A stretch of 64,000 bases of DNA from an uncultured Acidobacteriota bacterium (GCA_963821585.1 CAWGEI010000005.1:782627-846626); one strand, 5' to 3'; shown: positions 41,062 to 50,602, counted from the first letter of the stretch. Numbers and translations: made by a program. Notes: generated by a model not told the origin, from the letters alone.

Positions 41062-42330
41062 ATGCGATTGAACGTCACCAGTGAGATCGGCCGCCTGAAG
41101 AGTGTCTTGGTTCACCTTCCCGGGCGGGAGATCGATCTGATGGTCCCGCCGATGATGGCGCAGCTCCTGTTCGACGACATCCTCTACGGACAGGTCGCGC
41201 GCGAGGAGCACCGGCGCTTCCAGCAGCTCATCCGCTTCGTCGCCGACGAGGTGTACGACCTGCAGGACCTGCTCGAGGAAGTCCTCGAGAACGGCGACGC
41301 CAAAGAGAAGATCATCCGCGACCTGGCGAAGCGCAACGGCTTCTCACGGAAGCTCACCGCGCAACTCCGCGAGCGGCCCGCGGGCAAGCTGGCCGAGGTG
41401 CTGATCGCGGGGATCGCGCGGGACACGAAGTCCGGCAACCTGCCCGAGTTCGACCTCTTCCCGATCCCCAACCTCTTCTTCATGCGCGACCCGCAGATCG
41501 TCCTCGGCGACAAGGTCGTCGTGTCGTCGATGGCCACGCAGGCCCGGCGGCGCGAGGCTCTGCTGTCGAAGTACGTGTTCGAGAACCATTCGCACTTCAG
41601 CGGCCAGGCGAGCTTCTGGGTCGACTTCATGGCCACGCAACCGGAGCGGCCGATACCGCGCCGGCTGCCGACGCTCGAAGGCGGCGACGTGCTCGTGCCG
41701 CGCCGCGATCTGCTGCTCGTCGGGATCACCGAGCGCACGAACCGGACGGGCGTCTCGGCGCTCATCCGCTCGCTGAAGGAAGCGAACGCCGGCGTCGAGA
41801 GCGTGATCATCGTGGACATCCCGCGCCAGCGCTCGTTCATGCACCTGGACACGATCTTCACGTTCATCAATCGCAACGAGTGCCTGATCTATCCGCCCGT
41901 GATCCTGCCGAGCGGCGGACAGGCGGCGAAGGTCACGACGGTGGACCTCACGAAGAAGCGGTCCGTCGCGTACACGCAGGAGAAGTCGCTGCTCGCGGCA
42001 CTGAAAAAGAAGAAGTTCGATCTGAAGCCGATCTACTGCGGTGGCCAGTCGGCCGTCGATCAGCAGCGCGAGCAGTGGACGGACGGCGCGAACGCGTTCG
42101 CGCTGGCGCCCGGGATCATCCTGCTCTACGAGCGCAACGTGCGCACGGCGGAGGAGCTCGCGCGCCACGGCTATCACATCGTCTACGAGGACGATCTTCT
42201 CCTCGGCCGCACGGAGCTGGAGACCTGGACGAACAAGAAGTATGCGCTGCAGATCGCGGGGAACGAGCTGTCGCGCGCGCGCGGCGGTCCGCGGTGCATG
42301 ACCATGCCGCTCGAGCGCGAGGACCTCTGA
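41062..42330 (+). CDS. arcA: Arginine deiminase
   Basis: SEIGRLKSVLVHLPG, FMRDP, EGGDVLV, HLDTIFT, and C-terminal GGPRCMTMPLERE with the catalytic Cys. Confidence 0.9.
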   Translation: MRLNVTSEIGRLKSVLVHLPGREIDLMVPPMMAQLLFDDILYGQVAREEHRRFQQLIRFVADEVYDLQDLLEEVLENGDAKEKIIRDLAKRNGFSRKLTAQLRERPAGKLAEVLIAGIARDTKSGNLPEFDLFPIPNLFFMRDPQIVLGDKVVVSSMATQARRREALLSKYVFENHSHFSGQASFWVDFMATQPERPIPRRLPTLEGGDVLVPRRDLLLVGITERTNRTGVSALIRSLKEANAGVESVIIVDIPRQRSFMHLDTIFTFINRNECLIYPPVILPSGGQAAKVTTVDLTKKRSVAYTQEKSLLAALKKKKFDLKPIYCGGQSAVDQQREQWTDGANAFALAPGIILLYERNVRTAEELARHGYHIVYEDDLLLGRTELETWTNKKYALQIAGNELSRARGGPRCMTMPLEREDL

Positions 42331-43266
42331 TGCTGGCCGTCGTAGCGTTTGGCGGCAATGCGCTGCTGCGTCCGGAGGACCGAGGCACCCAGGAAGAACA
42401 GATCGCACGGGCGAAGCAGGCCGCGCGCTGGCTCGCGGAGATCGTCCGGTACGACTACAAGCTGCTGGTCGTCCACGGCAACGGGCCGCAGGTCGGGAAC
42501 ATCCTGGTGCAGGCGGAAGAGGCGTCCACGAAGATCCCGCCGCAGTCGCTGGACGTCTGCGTGGCGCAGACCGAGGGGTCGATCGGGTTCATGCTCCAGC
42601 AGGCGATCCGCAATCGCCTGCGAAGCCATCGGTCTCGGCGGCGAGGTGACGACGGTGCTGACGGAAGTGGAGGTCGACGTCGCCGATCCGGCGTTCAAGC
42701 GCCCCACCAAGCCGATCGGCCCGTACTTCACCCGTTACCGCGCCGAGGCGCTCGAGCGCGACCTCGGCTGGACCATGCGCGAAGAAGCGGGCTGGGGCTG
42801 GCGCCATGTGGTGCCTTCGCCGAAGCCGCTGCGGATCCTGAACGTGAAGACCATCACCCGGATGCTGGAGTCGGCGTCGTGCATCATCGCCGCGGGCGGC
42901 GGCGGGATTCCGGTGGTGAAGGGGCGCGACGGGCAGTGGCGCGGGATCGAGGCGGTGATCGACAAGGACTACGCGTCGGCGCTGCTGGCGGCGAACCTGA
43001 ACGCGGACCTGTTCATCATCCTGACCGGCGTGCCGAAGGTGGCGATCGACTTCAACAAGCCCACGCAGCGGTTCGTCGAGCGGATGACGGTGGCCGAGGC
43101 GGAGAAGCACATGGCGGACGGCCAGTTCCCCGCGGGCTCGATGGGCCCGAAGATCGACAGCGCGCTGCAGTTCGTGCGGGCGACGGGGAAGCAGGTGCTG
43201 ATCACGGACGTGGAAGTGCTGCGCGAGGCGCTGGAAGGCCGGGACGGCACGCTCATCGTGCCGTGA
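42330..43266 (+). pseudogene. arcC: Carbamate kinase, one frame change near 42620-42623 (or consensus error)
   Basis: N-terminal frame MLAVVAFGGNALL...VVHGNGPQVGNIL...MLQQAIRNRL, then EAIGLGGEVTTVLTEVEVD...AAGGGGIPVV...IDKDYASALLA in the adjacent frame. ATGA overlap with arcA. Confidence 0.85.
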
Positions 43267-43276
43267 ATACCTCACA

Positions 43277-43364
43277 ACGTAGGGCGTGGCTTCAGCCCGC
43301 CTCCCCCGTGGGTGGGGGTGTTCCCTTCCCCGTCCGGGAGGCGGGCTGAAGCCGCGCCCTACAT
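43277..43364. repeat. Family A hairpin repeat (copy 3, enlarged loop)
   Basis: acgtagggcgtggcttcagcccgcc...ggcgggctgaagccgcgccctacat between convergent genes. It supplies the last codons and the stop of the 43359 gene. Confidence 0.85.
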
Positions 43365-44939
43365 TAGGTCACTCCAGGTAAACCGCTCGACGAGCCATTT
43401 GCGCGCGGCAACGCGTCCGGCAAACGAGTCCTGACACTCGCGGAGGAAGCGGTCGCGGTCGCGGCGGTGGACGCGCAGGGCGAGCTCGCGGGGCATGCCG
43501 GAGTTGCCGTCGCGGGCGAAGAGATACGTCCCGTCGGCGTAGGCGATCGTGGACCACTCGGGCGAGCGGATCATGTCGCGCACGACTTCCGCGAGCTGCT
43601 CGGGGCGGAAGGTGAACATCGTGTACGGCGACGTGCGCACGAAGAGTCCCGTCGACGGGCCGAAGTCGCAGCGCATGCGGAACATGACGAACTGCGCGGT
43701 CTCCGAGCGCTGCGGGAACGCCGCGATGTCGTAGCGGTGCGCGAGCCAGGGGCCGAGGCTGTTCTGCACGGACATGCGCGCGTTTGGCGGCAGGATCTCG
43801 GCGGTCTTCCGGAGCAGTGCGCGCGAGGGAGCGGGATCCGGATAGTTGCTCCACGTCGAGACGATGCTGTGCGGCAGCGGCGAGAGGAGGAACGAGCAGA
43901 CCAGCGACGCGCCGAACGTGACGATCGCGCTGCGAGCCCGCCCTCGGCGCGCGGCGGCCATCAGCAGGATCGCCACAGCCGGGAGGTAGTAGTACGTGCC
44001 GGTGACCTGCGTCATCCACGCCGTCTTGCTGAGCATCCCGCCGATGACGAGCGGCGCAATGATGACGAGGAGGCGCGGCATCGCGAGCGCGAATCCGCCG
44101 GTGCTCAGGAGCAAATACGCGGGCAGGCGCAGCCGGTCGGGCCGCAGGAGATGTCCGAAGAACGAGAACACGTTCGAGCTGCCGATCCACGAATGGCGGT
44201 TGCGCGGGCCGGCGATGCGCGACAGCCCCTCCTCGTACAGCGACGGCACGATGAAGCCCAACATCACGGCGAGGTACAGCGCCGCCGCGCCGGTGACGAG
44301 CGCGCCGAGGCGCTTGCGCTGCGTGAGCAGCAGGTAGAGGCCCAGGCCGATGACCAGCAGCACGTGGTCTTCCTGCGACAGGATCACGATCGCGGCCAGC
44401 GCGCAGCCGAGGCGGTTGCGGCCGGAGTCGAAGGCCCAGATGCTCCACACCAGCGCGGCCGTGGCGAGCGTGACGATCTTGAAGTCGTACACGTTCGCGT
44501 CGTGGACCATCGGGTGGACGAAGAACGCCAGCGGCAGGAGGAGCGTGTAAGGCGCGGCTTCAGCCCGCCCTGCGTTCAGGCGCGCGTAGGCGTAGATGCC
44601 GAGGCCCGCGAGGCCGACGCCGATGCTGGCCAGGATCATCAGCAGCTCGGGATGCGGGAACAGCGCGTACAGCGGGACGATCGCGTAGTAGAGGACGTTC
44701 GTGTGGACCGCGAGTCGCGACTTGATGCGCGAGTCGACGTCATTCGACACGCTCATCATCAGATCGCCCTGCGTTGCCGACCAGATGGCCTGCACGGCGT
44801 TGCCGAGGTCGTTCATCTGCGTCGTCAGCGCGTGGTGGGAGGCAATGGCGAACCAGGCCAGGATGGCAGTGTAGAAGACCGCGAGTGTGACCGCGATGAC
44901 GTGCTGCTTGAGCGCGCGCTCCCCTGCTACTTCGCGCAC
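43359..44939 (-). CDS. DUF2079-like polytopic membrane protein
   Basis: N-terminal TM followed by MNDLGNAVQAIWSATQG and HTNVLYYAIVPLYALFPHPELLMILASIG, as I remember DUF2079. The GTG start at 44939 is tentative. The track's 627-aa ORF is a read-through from the frameshifted upstream gene. Confidence 0.5.
   Translation of the reverse strand: MREVAGERALKQHVIAVTLAVFYTAILAWFAIASHHALTTQMNDLGNAVQAIWSATQGDLMMSVSNDVDSRIKSRLAVHTNVLYYAIVPLYALFPHPELLMILASIGVGLAGLGIYAYARLNAGRAEAAPYTLLLPLAFFVHPMVHDANVYDFKIVTLATAALVWSIWAFDSGRNRLGCALAAIVILSQEDHVLLVIGLGLYLLLTQRKRLGALVTGAAALYLAVMLGFIVPSLYEEGLSRIAGPRNRHSWIGSSNVFSFFGHLLRPDRLRLPAYLLLSTGGFALAMPRLLVIIAPLVIGGMLSKTAWMTQVTGTYYYLPAVAILLMAAARRGRARSAIVTFGASLVCSFLLSPLPHSIVSTWSNYPDPAPSRALLRKTAEILPPNARMSVQNSLGPWLAHRYDIAAFPQRSETAQFVMFRMRCDFGPSTGLFVRTSPYTMFTFRPEQLAEVVRDMIRSPEWSTIAYADGTYLFARDGNSGMPRELALRVHRRDRDRFLRECQDSFAGRVAARKWLVERFTWSDLM
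44546..44568. repeat. Half copy of the family A repeat inside a CDS
   Basis: gtaaggcgcggcttcagcccgcc, translated on the minus strand as GRAEAAPYT. No matching second arm. Confidence 0.6.
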
Positions 44940-45242
44940 TCGTCGCACCTGCAGTGCTCGCGCAGCCGTTCGTACGTCCAGATGCCGTAGCCGTGGCCGT
45001 CCGCCCAGTTCGGCTGCAGGGCGTAGTTGCCGATGGGCTCCACCGATTGCAGCACGAACGAGGTCGGGCCGTAGCGCTGCGGGAGTCCGCCGGCCATGCG
45101 CCCGAACAGGTCGGGCTCGCCGGAGCAGACGGCGCACGGGCACGCGCGGCGCAGTGGCTTCGAGCGGATAGTATGATTCGTGGCCGTCGTCCCAGACGAC
45201 GACGAACAGATCACCGATCACCTGATAAGACTGTGGGCGCAT
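44927..45242 (-). pseudogene. DUF971 (gamma-butyrobetaine hydroxylase N-terminal-like) protein, one frame change near 45153-45158
   Basis: MRPQSYQVIGDLFVVVWDDGHESYYPLE in one frame continues as LRRACPCAVCSGE...GNYALQPNWADGHGYGIWTYERLREHCRCDECAK in the next. Confidence 0.7.
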
Positions 45243-46023
45243 GCCGACTTATAGATTGACGCTCGAGTACGAAGGCACTCGCTATTCCGGTTGGCAGGCG
45301 CAGGGTAACACGCAGAAGACGGTCCAGGGCCACCTCCTGCGCGCCGCCCGCGACGTCCTCGGCGAGGTCGACATCGGAGGCGCGGGACGCACGGATGCGG
45401 GGGTCCACGCGAGCGGTCAGGTGGCGCACTTGCGCACGCGCAAGTCGCTCGAGCCGCTGCAGCTGTCGCGCAAGTTGAACGACCTGCTGCCGCACGACAT
45501 CAACATCCTCGACGCCGTGCGTGCGAAGGACAACTTTCACGCGCGCCACGACGCGGAGTCGCGGGTGTACCTCTACCAGATCGCGACACGGCGCACGGCG
45601 TTCGCGAAGCCGTTCGTCTGGTGGATCAAGGACCGCCTCGACGCGGCGGCGATGGTTTCGTCGGCGAGCCATATCGCGGGCCGCCACGACTTCTCCGCGT
45701 TCAGCGACAAGCGGCTGAAGGAAGACGAGTCGCGGATCGTGGTCGTCGACCGCTGCGAGCTGGTGCAGGCCGGCGGGCTGATTCTCGTGCGCATCGCGGC
45801 GTCGCACTTTCTCTGGAAGATGGTGCGCAAGCTGATCTCGTACTTCGTGGAAGTCGGCCGCGGGAACGTCGCGGCGGACGACATCGCGTCGCGGCTGCAC
45901 GCGAAGGGTGAGTACTGGGCGCCGACCGCGCCGCCGTCGGGACTCTTTCTCGAAGGGGTCGTCTATCCGCGCGAGCAGTTCGAGCGTCCGCTGATCCCGA
46001 TCGTGCCGGTGGAGGGGCGATGA
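45241..46023 (+). CDS. truA: tRNA pseudouridine(38-40) synthase
   Basis: YRLTLEYEGTRYSGWQAQ, GAGRTDAGVHASGQVAH, HFLWKMVRKL. Confidence 0.9.
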   Translation: MPTYRLTLEYEGTRYSGWQAQGNTQKTVQGHLLRAARDVLGEVDIGGAGRTDAGVHASGQVAHLRTRKSLEPLQLSRKLNDLLPHDINILDAVRAKDNFHARHDAESRVYLYQIATRRTAFAKPFVWWIKDRLDAAAMVSSASHIAGRHDFSAFSDKRLKEDESRIVVVDRCELVQAGGLILVRIAASHFLWKMVRKLISYFVEVGRGNVAADDIASRLHAKGEYWAPTAPPSGLFLEGVVYPREQFERPLIPIVPVEGR

Positions 46024-46949
46024 ATGAGGCGAAGCTCGTCGCCCGCGTGCGCGAGCTGTTCTCGAATCGCATCGGCGACGACGCCGCGGTCATAGACGGG
46101 CAGGTGTTCACGACCGACATGCTCGTGGAGGACGTCGACTTTACCCGCGCCATCGCGCCGCGGTTCATCGCGCGGAAGAGTCTCGCCGTGAACCTCTCCG
46201 ATCTCGCCGCGATGGGCGCCGCGCCGTCGTACGCGCTCCTCTCGCTGGCGCTGCCGGAATGGGCGCTGGAGCACGCCGACGCCATGCTCGAGGCGTACGC
46301 GGAGGCCGCGCGCGAGTGGAAGATCGAGATCATCGGCGGGGACTTCTCGCGAGCAGACAAGCTGACGATCAGCGTCACGGCGATCGGCCGGATCGTCACG
46401 CGCCCGCTGCTGCGCAGCGGCGCCAAGCCAGGGGATCGCGTCTATGTCTCCCGCCCCCTCGGCGGCAGCAGCACCGGTTTCGCGCTCCTCGGCAAAGACG
46501 CGGCGGCCTACGTCCATCGCGAATTCATCGAGTCCGCCATCCGTCGCCATGTCGATCCCGAGCCGGAGCTGGCGCTCGGGCTCGCGCTTGCGCAGATCGC
46601 CGAGGTGACGTCGTGCATCGACGTGTCGGACGGGCTGTCGAGCGATCTGCACCACCTCTGCGACGCCTCCGATTGCGGTGCGGAGATCGACAAGGAGCGC
46701 ATCCCCGTCTTCCCGGATCTGCAGACGTTCGCAGGGAAGCTCGGTATCAACGTGCGCGACGCGGTGCTGAACGGCGGCGAGGAGTACGCGCTGCTGTTTA
46801 CGTCATCGCTGCCGGAGTCGCAGATGAGCGCGCGCGCAGGGCGTCCCGTGTACGCGATCGGCAGGATGACGAAAGACCGCGCCGTGCTGCTGAAGGAAGA
46901 CGGCGTTGCGCGCCCGCTCGACCCGGGCGGCTGGGATCACTTCGCATGA
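46020..46949 (+). CDS. thiL: Thiamine-monophosphate kinase
   Basis: IGDDAAVIDG, TDMLVEDVDF, NLSDLAAMGA, GGDFSRADKL, DVSDGL, GEEYALLFT. Confidence 0.9.
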   Translation: MNEAKLVARVRELFSNRIGDDAAVIDGQVFTTDMLVEDVDFTRAIAPRFIARKSLAVNLSDLAAMGAAPSYALLSLALPEWALEHADAMLEAYAEAAREWKIEIIGGDFSRADKLTISVTAIGRIVTRPLLRSGAKPGDRVYVSRPLGGSSTGFALLGKDAAAYVHREFIESAIRRHVDPEPELALGLALAQIAEVTSCIDVSDGLSSDLHHLCDASDCGAEIDKERIPVFPDLQTFAGKLGINVRDAVLNGGEEYALLFTSSLPESQMSARAGRPVYAIGRMTKDRAVLLKEDGVARPLDPGGWDHFA

Positions 46950-48403
46950 CACGACTCCGGCATGCCGCTGCGATCGTCGTGGCCATGCTGCTGGCGTCGT
47001 CCGCGGCCGGGGCGAACGTCGTGCTCGTGTCGGTCGACACCCTCCGCTCCGACAGGCTTCCGGCGTACGGCTATCGCGCGATCCGGACTCCGGCCCTCGA
47101 CCGCTTTCGCGCCGACGCCATTCTCTTCCGCCGCGCATGGACCCACTACCCGCTCACGGCGCCCGCGCACACGTCCATGCTCACGGGCCTGCTGTCGCAA
47201 CAGCACGGGATCCGCGACAACAGCGGGTACACGCTGGACCGCGGTGTGACGACGGTCGCGCAACAGTTGCAGTCGCGGGGCTATCGCACGGGTGCCTTCG
47301 TATCCAGCGCGGTGCTGGACGAAGACACGGGTCTCGGCCGGGGATTCGAACGGTGGGACGACGATTTCGAAAAAGGGGAGACGACCCGCCGCGGTGACGC
47401 GACTGTTGCAGCCGCGTTGGCCTGGCTCGACACACGGAAAGGGCGGCCGTTCTTCCTCTTCGTGCATCTCTACGAGCCGCACACGCCGTACGAGAAGCTC
47501 CCCGGCGTCGCCGACGCGTACGACGCGGAGATCGTCCGCGTGGACGGGATCGCAGGCGCGCTCTTCGAGGCGCTGCGCACGCGCAAGCTGTATGACGACG
47601 CGTTGATCATTTTCACCTCCGATCATGGAGAGGGCCTCGGCGAGCACGACGAGCGGGAGCATGGGACTCTGCTCTATCGAACGACGCTGCAAGTGCCGCT
47701 GATCGTGAAACTGCCGCGCGCTGCCTTGCGGGGACGGAGCGTCGACGCCGACGCACAGCTGATCGATCTCGCGCCGACCATGCTGGAGCACGCCTCTCTG
47801 CCTCGCGAAGCGGCGAAGCTGTCCGGGACGTCGCTGGTGAAGCTGGCCCGCGAAGACGGCCCGACGCGTGCGATTCACGCGGAGACGATGTATCCGCGGA
47901 ATCAACTCGGCTGGCACGAGCTGCGGTCGGTCCTGCGCGGCGATCTGCATCTCATCGCCGGACGGCGCGTCGAGATGCACGATCTCCGCGCTGATCCAGG
48001 CGAGCGCGTGAATGTCGCCGACGCCCGCCGGCGCGAAGCGGTTGCACTGCTGCAGGAGCTCCGGCGGATGGCCGCGGTGCCCTCACCGGCCGCGAGCGCG
48101 AGCGCGGAGAAGGCGGAGGCGTTGCGGTCTCTCGGCTATCTCTCCGGCGGCTCGGGCGATGAGACGACCTATCATCCCGATCCGCGCGACCGCATGCCGG
48201 TCCTCGCCCAGCAGCTCAAGCTGACGGCGGCGTTGCGGCGCGCTGAATACGATGAGGCGCTGAGGCGCGCCGAGGCGATCCTGGCGGGCAATCCCACGTT
48301 CATCGAGGTGTGGGAGCGGAAGGCCATCGCCCTGCTCGGACTGGGGCGCCGCAAGGAGGCCGAGGCGGCCGTCCAGCGCGCGATGCAGCTCATGCGGCGC
48401 TGA
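46946..48403 (+). CDS. Sulfatase-family (alkaline-phosphatase superfamily) protein with C-terminal TPR
   Basis: Signal peptide. VVLVSVDTLRSDRL, TAPAHTSMLTG, HLYEPHTPY, FTSDHGEGLGEH. ATGA overlap with thiL. Confidence 0.8.
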   Translation: MTRLRHAAAIVVAMLLASSAAGANVVLVSVDTLRSDRLPAYGYRAIRTPALDRFRADAILFRRAWTHYPLTAPAHTSMLTGLLSQQHGIRDNSGYTLDRGVTTVAQQLQSRGYRTGAFVSSAVLDEDTGLGRGFERWDDDFEKGETTRRGDATVAAALAWLDTRKGRPFFLFVHLYEPHTPYEKLPGVADAYDAEIVRVDGIAGALFEALRTRKLYDDALIIFTSDHGEGLGEHDEREHGTLLYRTTLQVPLIVKLPRAALRGRSVDADAQLIDLAPTMLEHASLPREAAKLSGTSLVKLAREDGPTRAIHAETMYPRNQLGWHELRSVLRGDLHLIAGRRVEMHDLRADPGERVNVADARRREAVALLQELRRMAAVPSPAASASAEKAEALRSLGYLSGGSGDETTYHPDPRDRMPVLAQQLKLTAALRRAEYDEALRRAEAILAGNPTFIEVWERKAIALLGLGRRKEAEAAVQRAMQLMRR

Positions 48404-48416
48404 GTACAGCTGAGCG

Positions 48417-48896
48417 TCAGGCCTTGCGGCTCAGGTTCGACGCCGCGACCGCGCAGACGAACGCGCCGATGCCGAGGGTCGTGCGGACGGCGTGCGCGCG
48501 GCTCCAGTTCTTCACGAGGGACTGGCGGTTCTCGCTCGGGTAATCGCTCGCCGGTTGCGCCTCGAGCTCCTTGTTGATCGGCACCGTGACCATGATCGTC
48601 GCCGCGAGCACACCCGCGAGCCCGACGGCCGACGCGGAGTCGAGCAGGCGCCGCGCCACACCGCCGCTGCGCGATGCCCCAATCGCCAGCGTCACGGCGG
48701 TACCGAGGGCCAGGGGACCGATGGCGTTGAAGTAGCTGGCGGTCTTCACCGGGTCGAGAGGGCGGCCGTCGTTCACGGGCAGCTCCTCCTTCCAGCCCGG
48801 CACCAGCGCGGCGTCGCCGAAGCCGAGGGAGCCGGCGAGGAGCCCCGCCGCGGTGAGGTTGACGAAGCGAAGGGCCGATTCGATCGTGCGATTCAC
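48417..48896 (-). CDS. DUF1772-like membrane protein
   Basis: Four hydrophobic helices. The GTG start at 48896 was chosen because the upstream part of the track ORF runs through a terminator hairpin. Confidence 0.45.
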   Translation of the reverse strand: MNRTIESALRFVNLTAAGLLAGSLGFGDAALVPGWKEELPVNDGRPLDPVKTASYFNAIGPLALGTAVTLAIGASRSGGVARRLLDSASAVGLAGVLAATIMVTVPINKELEAQPASDYPSENRQSLVKNWSRAHAVRTTLGIGAFVCAVAASNLSRKA

Positions 48897-48903
48897 AAGG
48901 TAA

Positions 48904-48940
48904 GTGTAGCGAGTTGCGAGAAGCGCGCAACTCGCTACAC
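48904..48940 (-). terminator. Stem-loop downstream of the PDZ gene
   Basis: gtgtagcgagttgcg...cgcaactcgctacac, 9 nt after the stop at 48950. Weak U-tract. Confidence 0.4.
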
Positions 48941-48949
48941 GCAGATCAC

Positions 48950-49558
48950 TTATTTCTGCAGCTTCTTCTCGAGATCTTTCAGGCGGTTCTCCAGCTCCTT
49001 GATCCGGCCCTGAAGGTCGCCGCAGTCCCCGCCGAAACGCTCGACGCGGGCGCGCCATTCAGGGGTGCCCATCATGCCCTGCAGATCGTCGAGCTGGAAC
49101 ACGCGCGGGGTCTCGCGCTCCTTCACCGTTGCCACGAGCGTCTGGCGGCTGCGGCCGCGCAGCACTTCGATGCGCACGGAGTCGCCTTCCTTCTTCTCGC
49201 TCAATGCGGAGCGGAGATCGGCCGACGTCTTCACGTCGTCGCCGTCGGCGGAGAGGACGATGTCGCCGACCTTGAATCCGGCCTTGTCGGCCGGGCTGTC
49301 GTCCTGGACGCTCTCGACCATGACGCCGGCGTCCTTCGGGGCGCCGAAATGTTCGCGCAGCTCGGGCGAGAGGTTCGTGAGGCTGACGCCGATGTAGGTG
49401 CGTCCGCCGAGAAACAGCTCGAACGGAGGGCCGCTGATGTTGTCGGTGATGACCTTGCCGTCCTTGACGACGAGCGTGCGCGTCTGGCGTTGCGGCGAGT
49501 CGGCGAATGAGGCCGTGGCGATGAGCAGTGCGATTGCGGTGATGATGACTTTCTTCAT
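48950..49558 (-). CDS. Periplasmic PDZ-domain protein with C-terminal coiled coil
   Basis: Signal peptide MKKVIITAIALLIATASFA. PDZ core GVMVESVQDDSPADKAGFKVGDIVLSADGDDV. C-terminus RIKELENRLKDLEKKLQK. Confidence 0.75.
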   Translation of the reverse strand: MKKVIITAIALLIATASFADSPQRQTRTLVVKDGKVITDNISGPPFELFLGGRTYIGVSLTNLSPELREHFGAPKDAGVMVESVQDDSPADKAGFKVGDIVLSADGDDVKTSADLRSALSEKKEGDSVRIEVLRGRSRQTLVATVKERETPRVFQLDDLQGMMGTPEWRARVERFGGDCGDLQGRIKELENRLKDLEKKLQK

Positions 49559-49566
49559 GTGAGCTC

Positions 49567-49953
49567 CTAGTCGTAGTTGCGCAGCGAAACGGGTTGGATG
49601 GCGGTATCGAGGTTCATGATCACGCGCGTGCCGCGGCCGTTCTCGAGCACGACCTGCGGCTCCGCTTCACTGGCGATCCTCTTCACGGCCTCCAGCTCAG
49701 CTTCGAGCTTCTGTTGTTCGGCGCGCAGCGCAATGGTGCGCTGCCGTTGGTTGTACTGCAGGACGGCGACGTTCACGAGCGCGACGAGGCAGACGGCCAT
49801 GGCGAAGGCCGCGCCCAGACGCCAGACGAGCGGACGGGCCGAAGCCCGTTCCGCATCGCCGCGGACCGCGCGCATCACGTCACGAGTGAAGGCGGGCGAC
49901 GCGCTCGTGCGCGGAGTGCTGCGCATCAAGTCGCCGAGTCGTGTGTCGTTCAT
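49567..49953 (-). CDS. Putative membrane anti-sigma factor
   Basis: ggaggagag SD 5 nt upstream of ATG 49953. Single TM (LGAAFAMAVCLVALVNVAVL). Lies directly downstream of the ECF sigma gene. Confidence 0.5.
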   Translation of the reverse strand: MNDTRLGDLMRSTPRTSASPAFTRDVMRAVRGDAERASARPLVWRLGAAFAMAVCLVALVNVAVLQYNQRQRTIALRAEQQKLEAELEAVKRIASEAEPQVVLENGRGTRVIMNLDTAIQPVSLRNYD

Positions 49954-50506
49954 CGTTCTCTCCTCCGGTCCACCAGGGCGCGAGATGTCTCCGGAGGAGA
50001 TCCCGGGCCCTGGAAATGCGTGACTTCACGGTGCCGATGCGCACGTCCAGCGCCGTTGCGATCTCGTCGTACGACCACTCTTCGATCTCGAACAGGACCA
50101 GGGGCGCGCGGTAGTTGACCGGCAGGCGGTCGATGGCCGCGGAAACCTGGCGCTGGATCTCGGATGTGAAGAGGTTCGTATCGGGAGCCGGCGTGCTCGT
50201 GCGTGTCGATGCGTGAAGCCGCGGGAGCAGCAGGCTCCATCTCCGCTCGCGACGGATCTCGGTGACGACCAGATTCGTGGCGATGCGGAAGAGGTAGGGG
50301 CCCAGCCGCTCCTGTTGTCGGTATTTGCCGGCGTTGCGGTACAGCCGGACGAACGCGTCCTGCGCAACCTCCTCGGCGCGGTCCCGGGACCGCACGAGGT
50401 GGGTAAGGTAGTTGACCAGCGAGTCCTTGTAGCGATCGACGATCCCGCCGAAGGCGTCGTCGTCGCCTTCCCGGACCCGTTGCATCAGCGCGTCATCGGA
50501 CTGCAT
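49880..50506 (-). CDS. ECF-type RNA polymerase sigma-70 factor
   Basis: Region 2 (DDAFGGIVDRYKDSLVNYLTHLVRSRDRAEEVAQDAFVRLY) and region 4 (WSYDEIATALDVRIGTVKSRISRARDLL). The 3' tail overlaps the next gene by 74 nt. Confidence 0.85.
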   Translation of the reverse strand: MQSDDALMQRVREGDDDAFGGIVDRYKDSLVNYLTHLVRSRDRAEEVAQDAFVRLYRNAGKYRQQERLGPYLFRIATNLVVTEIRRERRWSLLLPRLHASTRTSTPAPDTNLFTSEIQRQVSAAIDRLPVNYRAPLVLFEIEEWSYDEIATALDVRIGTVKSRISRARDLLRRHLAPWWTGGENDERHTTRRLDAQHSAHERVARLHS

Positions 50507-50542
50507 TTCATGGGAGAAACGCGCGAAGGAGGAAAAGGTTCC

Positions 50543-50602
50543 ATGTAGGGCGCGGCTTCAGCCCGCCTCCCTGGGGTGGCGGGCTGAAGCCGCGCCCTAC
50601 GT
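50543..50602. repeat. Family A hairpin repeat (copy 5)
   Basis: atgtagggcgcggcttcagcccgcc-tccctggggt-ggcgggctgaagccgcgccctacgt between the TPR gene stop and the sigma gene start. Confidence 0.85.

Noticed and set aside
43359-45242. The 627-aa ORF as a genuine DUF971-membrane fusion protein.
   Set aside because: Only the first ~28 residues match DUF971. The rest of DUF971 is encoded in the adjacent frame, with its own stop at 44927. The intervening ~90 residues of the long ORF are Arg/Ala-rich out-of-frame sequence.
49880-49953. The 74-nt overlap between the ECF sigma ORF and the anti-sigma gene as evidence of another frameshift.
   Set aside because: Region 4 of the sigma factor is complete before the overlap. 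The anti-sigma ATG has a strong ggaggagag SD. The overlap is most simply a stop-free tail in GC-rich sequence. It is not excluded, but there is no positive evidence.
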